A stretch of DNA of 64,000 nucleotides from assembly GCA_963827655.1 (NCBI GenBank), contig CAWHCF010000004.1, forward strand, positions 106,880-170,879, written 5' to 3'. A program made the translations under genes and the position numbers. The notes below the pieces were generated by a model, which was not told where the DNA came from, did no database searches, and worked only from the letters and a program-made list of their open reading frames with translations. The DNA comes from an uncultured Acidobacteriota bacterium (GTDB lineage Bacteria; Acidobacteriota; UBA6911). Positions 35,817 through 46,817 of this stretch are shown here, one piece after another. How positions within the stretch are numbered: the stretch's first letter is position 1; the number at the start of each line of letters is the position of its first letter.

Positions 35817-36914
35817 CTAAGAAAGCGCGCGCTCGTAGCAACGCATCGTCGCGCGGGCCGCAGCTTCCCAGGTATACTGCCGGGCTCGTTCCCGACCTCT
35901 TGCCGCCAGGACCAAGCGCTTTTCCTCATCCCGGGCCGCTTCTTCGAGCGCGATCCGCCATTGGTCCACGTCATCAACATCGGCGATCCAACCGGCGTCT
36001 CCTACCAGCGATGTCAGCGGCTCAATCCGTGCGACCACCACGGCGGTGCCGGAGGTCATGGCCTCCAGCACCGGCAATCCGAATCCTTCCATTCGAGAGG
36101 GATAGACGAAAGCCAGCGCGGCTTGCATCAGAGCAGGCAGGTCGTCTTCCACGACGTAGTCCAGTAACCGCACCCTCGACTGGATTCGCAATCTACCAAG
36201 ACTGCGCATGACGTCTTTCCAGAGCCAGGCTCTGCTGCCGGCCAGGACCAGCTCGACTTGATTCAGGTTCGACTGTCCAAAGGCCTCCAGGAGCAGAAGA
36301 AGGTTTTTTCGAGGTTCGATGTTGCCGAGATAAAAGAAGAAGGGCCTTGCGAGGCGATACTTCTGCAATACCGCCTCTTTTTGCTCCGCACTGCAGACTT
36401 TGGTGAAGATCTTTCGGGCGCCGAGGGGGACTACGCAGAGCCTGGAGGGTGGGACCGGCAGCCAGGCGCTCAAGTCGGCGCGGGTTGCTTCGGAGTCGCA
36501 GAGGACGACGCGCGCGCCGAGGATTGCGGGGCGAATCAGCCTGCGCATCCAGATTCTGCGGGTCCAGGGATGCCACTCGGGGTGTCGAATGAGGCTCAGG
36601 TCGTGAACCGTGACTACGTAGGGGACGCGTACACGCAGAGGCGCGACGCTGTTGGTAAAGTGACACAAATCGGGATGGTATTGCGCCAGGATGCGAGGCA
36701 ACCAGGCTTGCATCCAGATCTCCTTGATGGGGAAGGCAAGTTTCTGGGTGCGAATCAGATTGACTGCGCGCGGGACATAGTCCGGAAGATGGGACAGTAC
36801 CAGATACTCCCGGTCGGGAAACTCCGTCGAGAGAGCGTCGAGTAGTGAGGCGGCATAGTGGCCTACTCCAGACTGGTACTTTCGCAGGGGACTGGCGTCA
36901 AATCCGATTCTCAT
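35817..36914 (-). CDS. GT4-family glycosyltransferase
   Basis: VVTVHDL, GNIEPRKNL, YPSRMEGFGLPVLEAM. Confidence 0.93.
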   Translation of the reverse strand: MRIGFDASPLRKYQSGVGHYAASLLDALSTEFPDREYLVLSHLPDYVPRAVNLIRTQKLAFPIKEIWMQAWLPRILAQYHPDLCHFTNSVAPLRVRVPYVVTVHDLSLIRHPEWHPWTRRIWMRRLIRPAILGARVVLCDSEATRADLSAWLPVPPSRLCVVPLGARKIFTKVCSAEQKEAVLQKYRLARPFFFYLGNIEPRKNLLLLLEAFGQSNLNQVELVLAGSRAWLWKDVMRSLGRLRIQSRVRLLDYVVEDDLPALMQAALAFVYPSRMEGFGLPVLEAMTSGTAVVVARIEPLTSLVGDAGWIADVDDVDQWRIALEEAARDEEKRLVLAARGRERARQYTWEAAARATMRCYERALS

Positions 36915-38664
36915 CGGGATCATTGCCGCTCGCACATACGACACCTAAAGAAATCCAGAAAAGCAGAAAGGTCGGAGTGAATTTCAAGAAATAATCGACC
37001 GAACCATGCAGCAAGAAAGCCAGGAAGTATGTTATTCCATAAAAAACTGTTGCACGATCGGCTGGCGACATGGCCTGGCGCAGTCTGGCCCATAAAGCCC
37101 GGCCCATCTCGAAAAGTAGCCAGAGCAGCGACAGGAAGCCGATGATCCCGCTTCCGGCGAGATACTCCAGATAGAGACTGTTGGCTAGAATGGTGTCGTC
37201 TCCCGCAGGAATATCCATGTACTTCCACTTGAGAAGCCGGAAGCTGTCGGGACCCAAGCCGAACCAGGGTCTCTCGCGAAACATTTTGAGGGCCGCGCGC
37301 CACAGACTCCATCGGCTGGGAACCAGATTCCGACCCTGGGTGTCTCGTTCCTGCTGCAGGAGCTTGCCATGCGCGAAGGCTTCGCCTGTCGGAAGCGGAG
37401 CAGGGCCGTTTTTCGAGTCATGGATGATGATGATCTGAGGTGTCGAGTTGGAACGCTCAACCTCTTCGATATACGAATGGCGCTCGGGAAATGAACCACA
37501 CGAGCGTGTACTCCCCTTCGCGCGAAGGTGTCTTAAGCATTACTTCCACCTTTCGTTCCTCGCCAGGGAGTACGTCTGAAGCGAAGATCGCTCCCTCCAT
37601 CAACGCGCTCGGCTCCCCCGTGGCAAAACGATACCAGCGATACGCGACGCCAAATCGCTTCCCCTCCCACGCTGTCGAAGAATCGTTCCGGACAATTATG
37701 GCTTCCCGGTATTCCTGACCCGGAGATAAGTATCGGACCGGGTCTGTAACGGGAAGCGAATAGTGCGCGACGCGGCTTCCGGCAGCCGGGGCCTGGGTCT
37801 CGATGTGGGCATAGCGCAGTCTGACGGCGTTACCTATTCCGGCCAGCAGCACCACAACGGTTCCTGCGACGGCCAGTCTCCACCATTTCTTGACGAACGA
37901 TTCTCGAAAGACCCACTATTGCGGTTACCAGCGCGAGGATGGCGGAGCCCAGAGCCCCGCGCGAATAGGTCAAGAAGATCGCCGGCACCTGAACGGCCGC
38001 AGCCGTGAACCAGAGTCCCGGCAAGCGCTGCGATCCAGACGCCGGTCGAACAGCCGCGAGGGCGATAGTAGCGGCGAGCGACGCCACCAGGAAATGCGCG
38101 GCCGTATTAGGGTTCTCCATTGTGGATTTGAAACGCACGCGGCCCCCCACCAAATGATCGCTCGACTGGAAAATCTGCGCGATGCTGTCGAAGAACCGGA
38201 TGCCCGCATGTTCGCCCAAACCGATGACGGCCGTACAGAATCCCGCGATCGAAAGCGCAATGAGAAGACGTACGCCCGTGTGACGCCGGACCGTTGCCCT
38301 GCGGCTCAGGTCGGCCGCCGCGATCAGCATGACTACTCCAAGGAGCGACTTCACAGAGGCTTTGGCTGCATTGAACCTGAATTCGGTCGCGAGCATTGCG
38401 GCAAGTGCTTGCGAGACGATGTATAGGAGACGAGGCTAGCAGGAGACGGGGTGGCAGGGAAGGACTGAGCTTGCGCAGGATGGAGCCCGAAGACGTGGCC
38501 GCCTCGACCATCTTCATCACGATCCAGCATCCCAGGAAAAGAATGAGCTGGAGCTTCAGGCTGGTATACAGGGACTCGGTCGTCGTGTAGAAGTAATACT
38601 CGAAAGGAAGCCCCAGGATCAGAGCATACAGAAGAATCTCACAAGCTTGTCGGAGCACCTGCAC
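36898..38664 (-). CDS. O-antigen ligase/Wzy_C-like membrane protein with inserted Ig-like domain (multiple frameshifts)
   Basis: NPN..A, LTYSRGA, R..LW.AA..MF.ERPWFGLGP, ANSLYLE.L...G..G across several frames; many hydrophobic segments. Confidence 0.75.
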
Positions 38665-38892
38665 CTCTCGATCCAGTGTTTCTTCGAGTCTTTGCGTCCT
38701 GGTGGCGCCGTTGCACTGACCGCCAAGACACAACGACCCGAAGCATCTTAGCGGAACGATGGATTCATGCGCTAGACTCCGATGCGGCCGACCCTGCGCT
38801 GTGTCCTGGCGGTAGTTTTCGTTTGCAAGGTCTCGATCACACGACTAATATTCTTTACGCATTTGAAAGACGGCCTTTTTACGGACGATTCA

Positions 38893-40395
38893 ATGCCCTC
38901 GAGAAAGATAGTCTTCTTCTTCCCTGCCTTCTCCAGTCTCGAAGCAACTGCGCCGCTCGGGATTCTGGCGGTTGCTACTCCTCTGCTTCGAGCAGGCTAT
39001 CAGGTCCGGATCATCGATTCGACCATCACGCCAGGATTTCAGAAGCGCGTCCTGGAGGAGCTTCAGGATGCCCTGTGCCTCGCGGTTTCGCTGGTGACTG
39101 GACCCATGATCCGCGAAACAGTTGCGATTGCGCGGGAAACCAAGAAGCTCTATCCCAAGCTGCCGGTGATCCTCGGTGGATGGCATCCCTCGCTGCTGCC
39201 GGACCAGACTCTCGCGGCGGACTATGTTGACATTGTCGTGAGAGGTCAGGGAGAAGACGCACTCCTCGAGATCGTCGAGCGTCTGGAAGCGGGGGCCTCG
39301 CTCGAGGGAATTGATGGCGTGGGTTACAAGGAAGACGGAAGACTGGTTTTTAATCGGCCGCGTCCCCTGACCCCGATCCGAGATCTTCCTCCCAAAGCCT
39401 ATCATCTGGCTGATTTCGACGCGTATGAACGGGTGTGCGGCCGCCGCTGGGCCATGTACATTTCCAGCCTTGCCTGTCCCTATAGCTGCGCCTACTGCAC
39501 CAATGAAGGAGTATACGGCCGGCAGTGGAACGCGCTGGAACCGGAGCAGGTGGTCGAGGAGACCACCGATCTGGTTACGCGCTATGGGCTGCAGCTGCTG
39601 TGGGTCGTGGATGACAACTTTCTGGTTGACCGCGAGCGCGCGGTGAAGATCGCAGAAGGGCTCGTGCGCCGCGGAGTCTCATTCGACTGGAGCATCCAGG
39701 CCTCGACCAACCTTGTGACACGCCTGTCGGTCGAAGAGCTGAAGCTTCTTCGTCGCGCGGGCCTGTCGCAAATCTGCCACGGCGCAGAATCGGCATCCCC
39801 GAAGGTGTTGAAGCTGATGAACAAGGACTTTCAAAAAATCGACACCATTTACGGGGCGGCGGAGAAGTGCGTACAGGCGGGAATTCGGCCATCGTTCAAC
39901 GTCATCTTCGGCTTTCCCGGCGAAGGTGAGCCGGAAAGGCAGGAGACGATTCGCTTCATCATGGACGTCTGCCGCCGCTATCCGGGAGCCGAATTCTGGA
40001 CCAATATTTTCACGCCTTATCCGGGCGCCCCGATCATGCAGCGCGCGGCGGAATTAGGCATCGAGACCCCGGATTCATTCGAGGGATGGGCCGATTTTTT
40101 CCCTCGCTATACCATTCTCCCGTGGCTGAAAGGACGCAGCCATCAAAGGGTCCAGGCCATGCGCGACTACCTTCGAGTTGCGTTTGATCGAGTCCCGATT
40201 GCAAGCGATCGACGGCACAGGGTCACTCGCCTGGTTCACCAGGCGATAAGCCTTCCGGCTCGCTGGCGCCTGGATCACAACGTCTATGGCCTTCCCCTCG
40301 AAATCTGGGCCAAGAACGCGGTGAATCGAGTGTTTGAATCACCCAAACCGATAGTGGACGCCCAGCAGTTGTCCTCGGAACCTGTCACATGTTAG
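38893..40395 (+). CDS. Cobalamin-binding radical SAM enzyme 1
   Basis: PLG, GGWHPS, VRGQGE, CPYSCAYC, DDNF, GAES, IFGFPGE, PYPG. Confidence 0.93.
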   Translation: MPSRKIVFFFPAFSSLEATAPLGILAVATPLLRAGYQVRIIDSTITPGFQKRVLEELQDALCLAVSLVTGPMIRETVAIARETKKLYPKLPVILGGWHPSLLPDQTLAADYVDIVVRGQGEDALLEIVERLEAGASLEGIDGVGYKEDGRLVFNRPRPLTPIRDLPPKAYHLADFDAYERVCGRRWAMYISSLACPYSCAYCTNEGVYGRQWNALEPEQVVEETTDLVTRYGLQLLWVVDDNFLVDRERAVKIAEGLVRRGVSFDWSIQASTNLVTRLSVEELKLLRRAGLSQICHGAESASPKVLKLMNKDFQKIDTIYGAAEKCVQAGIRPSFNVIFGFPGEGEPERQETIRFIMDVCRRYPGAEFWTNIFTPYPGAPIMQRAAELGIETPDSFEGWADFFPRYTILPWLKGRSHQRVQAMRDYLRVAFDRVPIASDRRHRVTRLVHQAISLPARWRLDHNVYGLPLEIWAKNAVNRVFESPKPIVDAQQLSSEPVTC

Positions 40396-40523
40396 GCGGA
40401 CGGGCTATCGGGCTTCCGCCGTGGAACGAATTGAAGGCTTTTCAAATACCGGGTTGGAACTGAGTAGGAAAATATCTTAACCCAACCCTGGCCTCCCTGG
40501 CACCAGCTTCCTACTCCAATTCA

Positions 40524-42024
40524 ATGAATAATAAAGTTGTGTTGTTCCTTCCGCCTTATACTGGTGCCCCGCTGGGCCCGCCCCTGGGACTTCTCTGCCT
40601 GGCGTCTCCTCTTCGTGAAACAGGGTATGAGGTTAAGATCATCGATGCGTCTATAACTCCGAACTATCTTGAACTCGTCCGAAGAGAAATTCAGGACGCG
40701 CTCTGTTTCGGCGTCTCTTTGCTCACAGGACCCATGATCCGAGGCGCGATCGCAGCCAGTTCCCTGGTCAAGAGTCTGCGGCCCGACCTCCCCGTAGTGT
40801 TCGGCGGATGGCACCCCAGCCTCTTGCCCGCGCAAACCCTGCGCGAAAGCTTTGTCGACATCGTGGTCCGCAATCAGGGGGAGATCACGTTCCTGGAGGT
40901 GGTGGAGCGGATTCGATCGAATCAAAGTCTCACAGGTGTTCAGGGTTGTTCGTTCAAGTCAACCGGCCAGATTCATCACAATCCCGATCGTCCGGTCGCG
41001 CGGATCGAGACGCTGCCTGCGCCGGCATACGAGCTGGCGGATTTCGATGCTTACGAAGCAGGTGAGCGGTGAGCGAAAGCTCCCCTATGCCAGCAGTGTC
41101 GGCTGCCCTTATGCTTGCAACTACTGCACCGATACGGTGTTCTACAAGCGGCGCTTCAATGCCTATAGCGCCGCAGAGGGTGGTGCGAGAAGTAACGGCG
41201 CTGGTCGCCCGCCATCGGTTGAGTGAAGTGGCGATGCTGGATTCCAACTTTCTGGTCGACACGCGCCGGGCGGTAGAGATCGCTCGAGGATTTCTGGCAT
41301 CCGGCTTGCGCTTCCGGTGGACCTTCCAGGCTTCGACCGATCTCCTGTGCCGGATGAGCGACGAGGAGGTGCGACTCCTCGGTGACAGCGGCGTCAGCCA
41401 CATTGGATTCGGGACCGAATCGGCATCAGCCGAGGTCCTGGAGAAGATGGACAAGCATCATCAGCCAGATCCCGGACATGTTCGAGACCGGGCGTAAATG
41501 CCGGCAGGCCGGAATCCGGGCCACGTTCAATTTGATTCTGGGCTACCCCGGTGAAACGGAGCGGGATCGCTGCGAAACGTTGCGTGTCATGAGCGAGATC
41601 GGTCAGCGTTTCGACAATGTGACTTTTTCTCCCAATATTTTCACCCCTTACCCCGGAATTCCAATCTGGCCTGAACTCCGAAACCTCGGGGTGAAGGAGC
41701 CGGAAACGCTCGAAGCCTGGAGCACGATCGCTCTGGGAACCAACATGCTGCCATGGCTGCGGGGCGAACCTTATCGCAACGTGAAGCGCAGCATGTCGTT
41801 TTTCATGTTGAACAACGAAATCACAAAGCTGATCCGCAGAGGTTCGCTCGTCACGTCTGCACCGCTTCCTGCTGCGCGCGTTACAACGACCCTTGCACTG
41901 GCGCATGAAGCATTACTGCTTTCGATGCCCGCTCGAGCTCTGGGTCGTGAGAAACCGGCTGGTGATGCGCCGTTCACTCCTCACCGGTCAAAGCTTGGGA
42001 GAGAGCCTTTCGGAGACCTGTTGA
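40524..42024 (+). CDS. Cobalamin-binding radical SAM enzyme 2 (several frameshifts)
   Basis: PPLGL, GGWHPS, GCPYACNYC, DSNF, GTES, ILGYPGET, FTPYPG across ORFs 40524, 40852, 41069 and 41382. Confidence 0.88.
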
Positions 42025-42087
42025 CAAGAGCAGTAGGCAGTAGGCAGCGGGCTGGCGCGTCCGCCACAGAGAAGCGGAGCGGGTATA

Positions 42088-43530
42088 ATGGCTGATATTC
42101 TCCTGACTCATTGCAACCACCTGTACTTCGATCGCAAGCAGGTGCGCAAAATGCAGCCCTACCCTCCGTTGCAGACCCTGATCGCGGCGGCCCTGCTGCG
42201 CAGGGAAGGGTTCGATGTGGCGCTGTTTGACTCCACGCTGGAGCCGCCGGAAGAGGGCTTCCGGGCCGCGCTGGCACGACACCGGCCGCGTCTCGTCGCT
42301 CTGTGCGAAGACAACTTTAACTTTCTGACCAAGATGTGCCTTACCCGGAACCGGGAGCTTGCGTTCTCGATGTGCCGGACGGCCAAAGAAACTGCGATTC
42401 CGGTCCTGGTGAACAGCTCGGACGCGACGGATCACGCCGGGGAATACCTGTCAAACGGCGTCGACTATGTCATGGTGGGCGAGCTAGAGCATACCCTGCT
42501 GGAAACGGCGCGATGCCTTCTCGAGGGCCACACCGATCGGATCGAAAACATCGATGGCCTCGTGTACCTCGACTCGCGCACGGGCGCGGCGCGCTACAAC
42601 CGGCCGCGGGGGGTCATGGCGAACCTCGATCTCTTGCCCCTCGCCGCCTGGGACCTGATCGACGTGGCGCCCTACCGCCAGGCCTGGATGCAGGCCCACG
42701 GCTATTTTTCGCTGAACATGGTTTCCAGCCGCGGTTGTCCATATCATTGCAACTGGTGTGCGAAACCGATCTACGGCCAGAGTTACCATTATTGCTCGCC
42801 CGATCGGATCGCCCGCGAGATGCAGCATCTAAAGACCCACCTGCGGCCCGACCATATCTGGTTCGCGGACGACATTTTTGCGCTTTCGGCGCAGTGGACT
42901 GCGCAGTTCGCAGACGCGGTCGAGAATCTTCGGGCGCAGATACCCTTCAAGATGCAATCTCGCTGCGACCTGATGACCCGGCCTACCGTTGCGGCGCTCA
43001 GGCGCGCCGGCTGCTCCGAGGTTTGGATGGGGGCCGAGTCCGGATCTCAGAGAATCCTGGATGCAATGGACAAAGGAATTTGCCTCGAGCAGATTCACCA
43101 GGCCCGCGAGAATCTGCGCCGGCACGAGATTCGCGCTTGTTTCTTCCTGCAGTTCGGTTATCCGGGGGAGGATTGGGACGATATCCAGAGCACGATCCGG
43201 CTGGTTCGGGAGACAGAGCCCGACGACATAGGAGTCTCGGTTGCCTATCCCCTGCCGGGCACGAAGTTCCACGAAAGAGTGGTCGCCCAGCTGGGTGAAA
43301 AGAAGAACTGGCTCGATAGCGACGACCTGGCCATGATGTTCCGCGGCACTTATACCAACGATCTCTATCACGCCTTGCACGACGCGCTCCACCTCGAAGT
43401 GGATCTCCGGAAAAGCAAAGACAAGGACAACGAGAGGCACAAGGCTCTGCGTGACCTCTGGGCCCGAGTGGAAGAATTACGCACTACCTGTGCCAATCCT
43501 GATCCCACGGTTCTATGGACCTCCTCCTGA
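42088..43530 (+). CDS. Cobalamin-binding radical SAM enzyme 3
   Basis: PYPPL, SSRGCPYHCNWC, ADDIF, GAESGSQRIL, FGYPGE, YPLPGT. Confidence 0.93.
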   Translation: MADILLTHCNHLYFDRKQVRKMQPYPPLQTLIAAALLRREGFDVALFDSTLEPPEEGFRAALARHRPRLVALCEDNFNFLTKMCLTRNRELAFSMCRTAKETAIPVLVNSSDATDHAGEYLSNGVDYVMVGELEHTLLETARCLLEGHTDRIENIDGLVYLDSRTGAARYNRPRGVMANLDLLPLAAWDLIDVAPYRQAWMQAHGYFSLNMVSSRGCPYHCNWCAKPIYGQSYHYCSPDRIAREMQHLKTHLRPDHIWFADDIFALSAQWTAQFADAVENLRAQIPFKMQSRCDLMTRPTVAALRRAGCSEVWMGAESGSQRILDAMDKGICLEQIHQARENLRRHEIRACFFLQFGYPGEDWDDIQSTIRLVRETEPDDIGVSVAYPLPGTKFHERVVAQLGEKKNWLDSDDLAMMFRGTYTNDLYHALHDALHLEVDLRKSKDKDNERHKALRDLWARVEELRTTCANPDPTVLWTSS

Positions 43531-44917
43531 CCCACGGTTATTTTCTCAGAGAAGACCCGAAAGAGCTTGCGGTCATGAAGCCCTACGCTCCGCTCGGGAT
43601 TCTCTATCTGTCCTCTCATCTCAGGAAAAAAGGATTCGAGGTCGAGATCTTCGATACAACTTTCCGCGCGCGCGCAGATCTTCTCGCGATTGCTCGAGAC
43701 CGGTCCTCCTTCGGTGGTGGGCATCTACGGAAATCTTATGACGCGCCGGACCGTCCTGGAGTTGACCGCATGCGCGCGGGACGCCGGGTGGACCGTCATT
43801 CTGGGAGGCCCGGAACCCTCCACCTATGCCCGGGAATATCTGGAGGCCGGCGCTCATGTCATCGTGCAGGGCGAGGGCGAGATAACCATGGAGGAACTGC
43901 TCCCTGCATTGCGAGCCGGTCGCGACGCGCGCGCTCGAGCGCGTCAACGGCATCATCTTCCGGCGCGCGGATGGTTCGGTTGCACACACTCCGCCGCGTA
44001 CTTTAATCGCCGATCTTGACTCGCTGTCCTGGCCCGACCGGGAACGCGTGGACATCGAAGACTATATCAAGGTCTGGAAAGACCATCACGGCATGGGCTC
44101 GGTCTCGGTCATAACCGCCCGCGGGTGCCCTTATCATTGTCGCTGGTGCAGTCACTCCACTTATGGCAAGACCCACCGAAGGCGATCGGCCGGATGTGTG
44201 GTGGACGAGGTCGAGTGGATCGTTCAACGCTACCAGCCGGACATGCTCTGGATCGCCGACGACGTATTCACTATCCATCACGGGTGGATTTACCGGTACG
44301 CGGAGGAAATGAAGCGGCGCAATCTTCGGATCGCGTTCGAGTGCATCACGAGAGCCGATCGCCTGAATCCCAGAATCGCCGACACATTGGCCGAGCTGGG
44401 TTGCTTTCGCGTCTGGGTAGGGTCCGAGAGCGGATCCCAGCGAATACTGGATGCCATGGAACGAGGAGTTACGGTGGAGCAGGTCCGGCAGTCCATTCAT
44501 CTTTTGCGCGCCCGGGGCATTCAAACCGGAATGTTCCTCATGTGGGGTTATGAAGGGGAAGACATATCGGATATCGAAGCCACCGTGACTCACGTCAAGT
44601 CTTCCATGCCCGACGTCTTTCTCACGACGGTTTCTTATCCGATCCGGGGAACGCCCTATTACGAAGAAGTCGAGTCGCGGCTGGTCAACCTGGCCGAGTG
44701 GAGCCGAACCACAGACCGGGACTTCAAGCTTCGCGGACGTCACTCGAGGAGGTTCTTCGGGTTTGCCGATCAGCTGCTGAAGAATGAAGTCGGGCTCCAC
44801 AAGTTGATGATTTCGCCGGAAGCGTCTCCCGACGCCGCCACGGTGGCATACTTTCGGAGACAGATTGACGAAGCCCGGCAGGGGCTTCAGCAATCGTACG
44901 AAGAGGTCGAAGCGTGA
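43515..44917 (+). CDS. Cobalamin-binding radical SAM enzyme 4 (two frameshifts)
   Basis: PYAPLG, GGPEP, GEGE, TARGCPYHCRWC, ADDVF, GSESGSQRIL; overlaps enzyme 3. Confidence 0.9.
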
Positions 44918-44943
44918 CCGACTGCGGATCGCGAAGAGTTCGG

Positions 44944-45818
44944 ATGCCAGGATTGAACCATCAGGCTGCTTGCCAGTCAGCAATCCAAGGTCGCGGCGGC
45001 ATTCGATGCGCTGGCTGCGCGCTATGACGACACGTGGACCGACTCGGTTATCGGGCGCCTCCAGCGTGAGTCCATCTGGCGGGCCATCGACGGTATTTTC
45101 ACTCCCGGCGGGCATATTCTGGATCTTGGTTGTGGAACCGGAGTCGATGCGGCGCTATCTGGCCCGTGCCGGACTCCGAGTTCACGCGACCGACATCTCA
45201 GGCGGCGATGCTGCAGGCCACGCGGAAGCGGTTGGAGCGAGAAAGAATCACGGACCGAGTGACCTTCGAGCTGAGGGCGCTGGAGGATCTCGCGCTTCTG
45301 AAAGAACGCGGCCCATTCGACGGAGCCATTTCAAATTTCGGTGCGATCAATTGCGTGCGAGGATTTACCGGGCGTCGCTTCAAGCCTGGCAGAATTGATT
45401 CGTCCCGGCGGCAGGCTGGTCATTTGCTCGATGGGCCGATTCTGCCTTTGGGAGTCGCTCTGGTACCTCATGCACGCGACGCGCCGGGAAAGCTGTTCGA
45501 CGGTGGAGTGGCGCCGCACCGGCGGGACATGTCCGGAAGACCGAAATGACGCGCAGGCCTCCTTTGGTACGCGGCCGCCGCTTTGAGGTTTTTTATCCCA
45601 CGGTCGCTGAGATTGCATCAGCATTTAGACGAACACTTCCGGCTGATTCAATTTCGCAGCATCGGAGTATTCGTGCCTCCTTCCTACATGGAGAGTTGGG
45701 CCGCGAGCGGCGCCGGCCTTTATGCGCCGGCTGGGGCGCCTCGATTTCCATGGTTGGCGCATGGCCCGGTCTGCGAGCTATCGGAGACCATCGCTTGCTG
45801 ATTCTCGAGCGATCCTGA
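44944..45818 (+). CDS. Class I SAM-dependent methyltransferase 1 (frameshifted)
   Basis: Manual reading gives AFDALAARYD..ILDLGCGTGVDA, then FDGAISNFGAINC and RPGG. Start is approximate. Confidence 0.8.
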
Positions 45819-45866
45819 CTATGGCTTCCTATGCGGCACCCTGCGGATCAAACCAGAGTCCCTGAA

Positions 45867-46817
45867 ATGGAGCAGCGTTCGTTGAAGCTGCGCTGTCCGT
45901 CGTGCTTCGCCCCTGCCGGCGAGCTGAAAGGCGCCGCGAAGAGGGGAGAACCTGCCTTTCCTGCGGCTATCGCATGGAATGGGTCGAAGGCATTCTGCGC
46001 GCCGTGATCCCGGAGCGCCGGAAATTCTATGATCGCTTTCTGACGGAATACTCGACCATTCGAAAGGCTGAGGGGCGCGGCTCCGATGATCCCGCGTACT
46101 ATTTGGCGCTGCCGTACAGGGACTTGACCGGAAGGCATGCCGAACAGTGGGCCATCCGGGGTAAGACCTATCGCTATTTCGAGGAACGCGTGCTGCCTGC
46201 AGCTCGAAACCGGCCGGCCTCTCGACATTCTGGATCTGGGAGCCGGAAACGGCTGGATGTCTTACCGCCTGGCTCAGAGAAAACATCATCCTGTGGCGGT
46301 CGACATCCTCACCGATCCGTTGGATGGGCTGGGCGCCGCCCGGCATTTCCACGCCGCGCTCGACGAGAAGTTCCCGCTGGTTGAGGCGGAATTCGATCGT
46401 CTTCCGTTTCGCCGACGCTCAGTTTGATCTTGCGATCTTCAACTCTTCGATTCACTACTCGTCGCATTATCATCACACTCTGAACGAGGCGAGACGCTGC
46501 TTGCGTCCTTCAGGGCGTGTGGTGATCCTTGACTCCCCGATCTACAGGAAATACTCCCATGGCGACCTGATGCGATCCGAACGCCATCGAGAGTTTGAAG
46601 CGCGCTATGGCACTCGTTCAGACTCAATCCCGAGCGTTGAATTCCTGCACCAGGCGGTTCTGGAAGAATTGGCGGATTCACTTGCATCTCAGTTGGGAAA
46701 TCTACAAGCCCTGGTACGGTTGGAAGTGGGCGCTCCGTCCCTGGAAGGCTCGCCTGAAGCAGGCAGAGGCCTCCGTCTCGCTTCTGGATTCTCGTCGCCA
46801 CCTGGGCTCGGTCATGA
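45867..46817 (+). CDS. Class I SAM-dependent methyltransferase 2 with N-terminal Zn-ribbon-like Cys pairs (frameshifted)
   Basis: CPSC...CLSC, ILDLGAGNGW, FDL..FN.S.HY, LRPSG; ends in an ATGA overlap with radical SAM 5. Confidence 0.8.

Noticed and set aside
38700-38892. Cobalamin or SAM riboswitch upstream of the rSAM cluster
   Set aside because: No B12-box or SAM riboswitch core recognised by eye; an Rfam scan would be needed to exclude one.
42034-42048. Short GCAGTAG tandem repeat between rSAM 2 and rSAM 3
   Set aside because: Only about two and a half units; too short to support a function.
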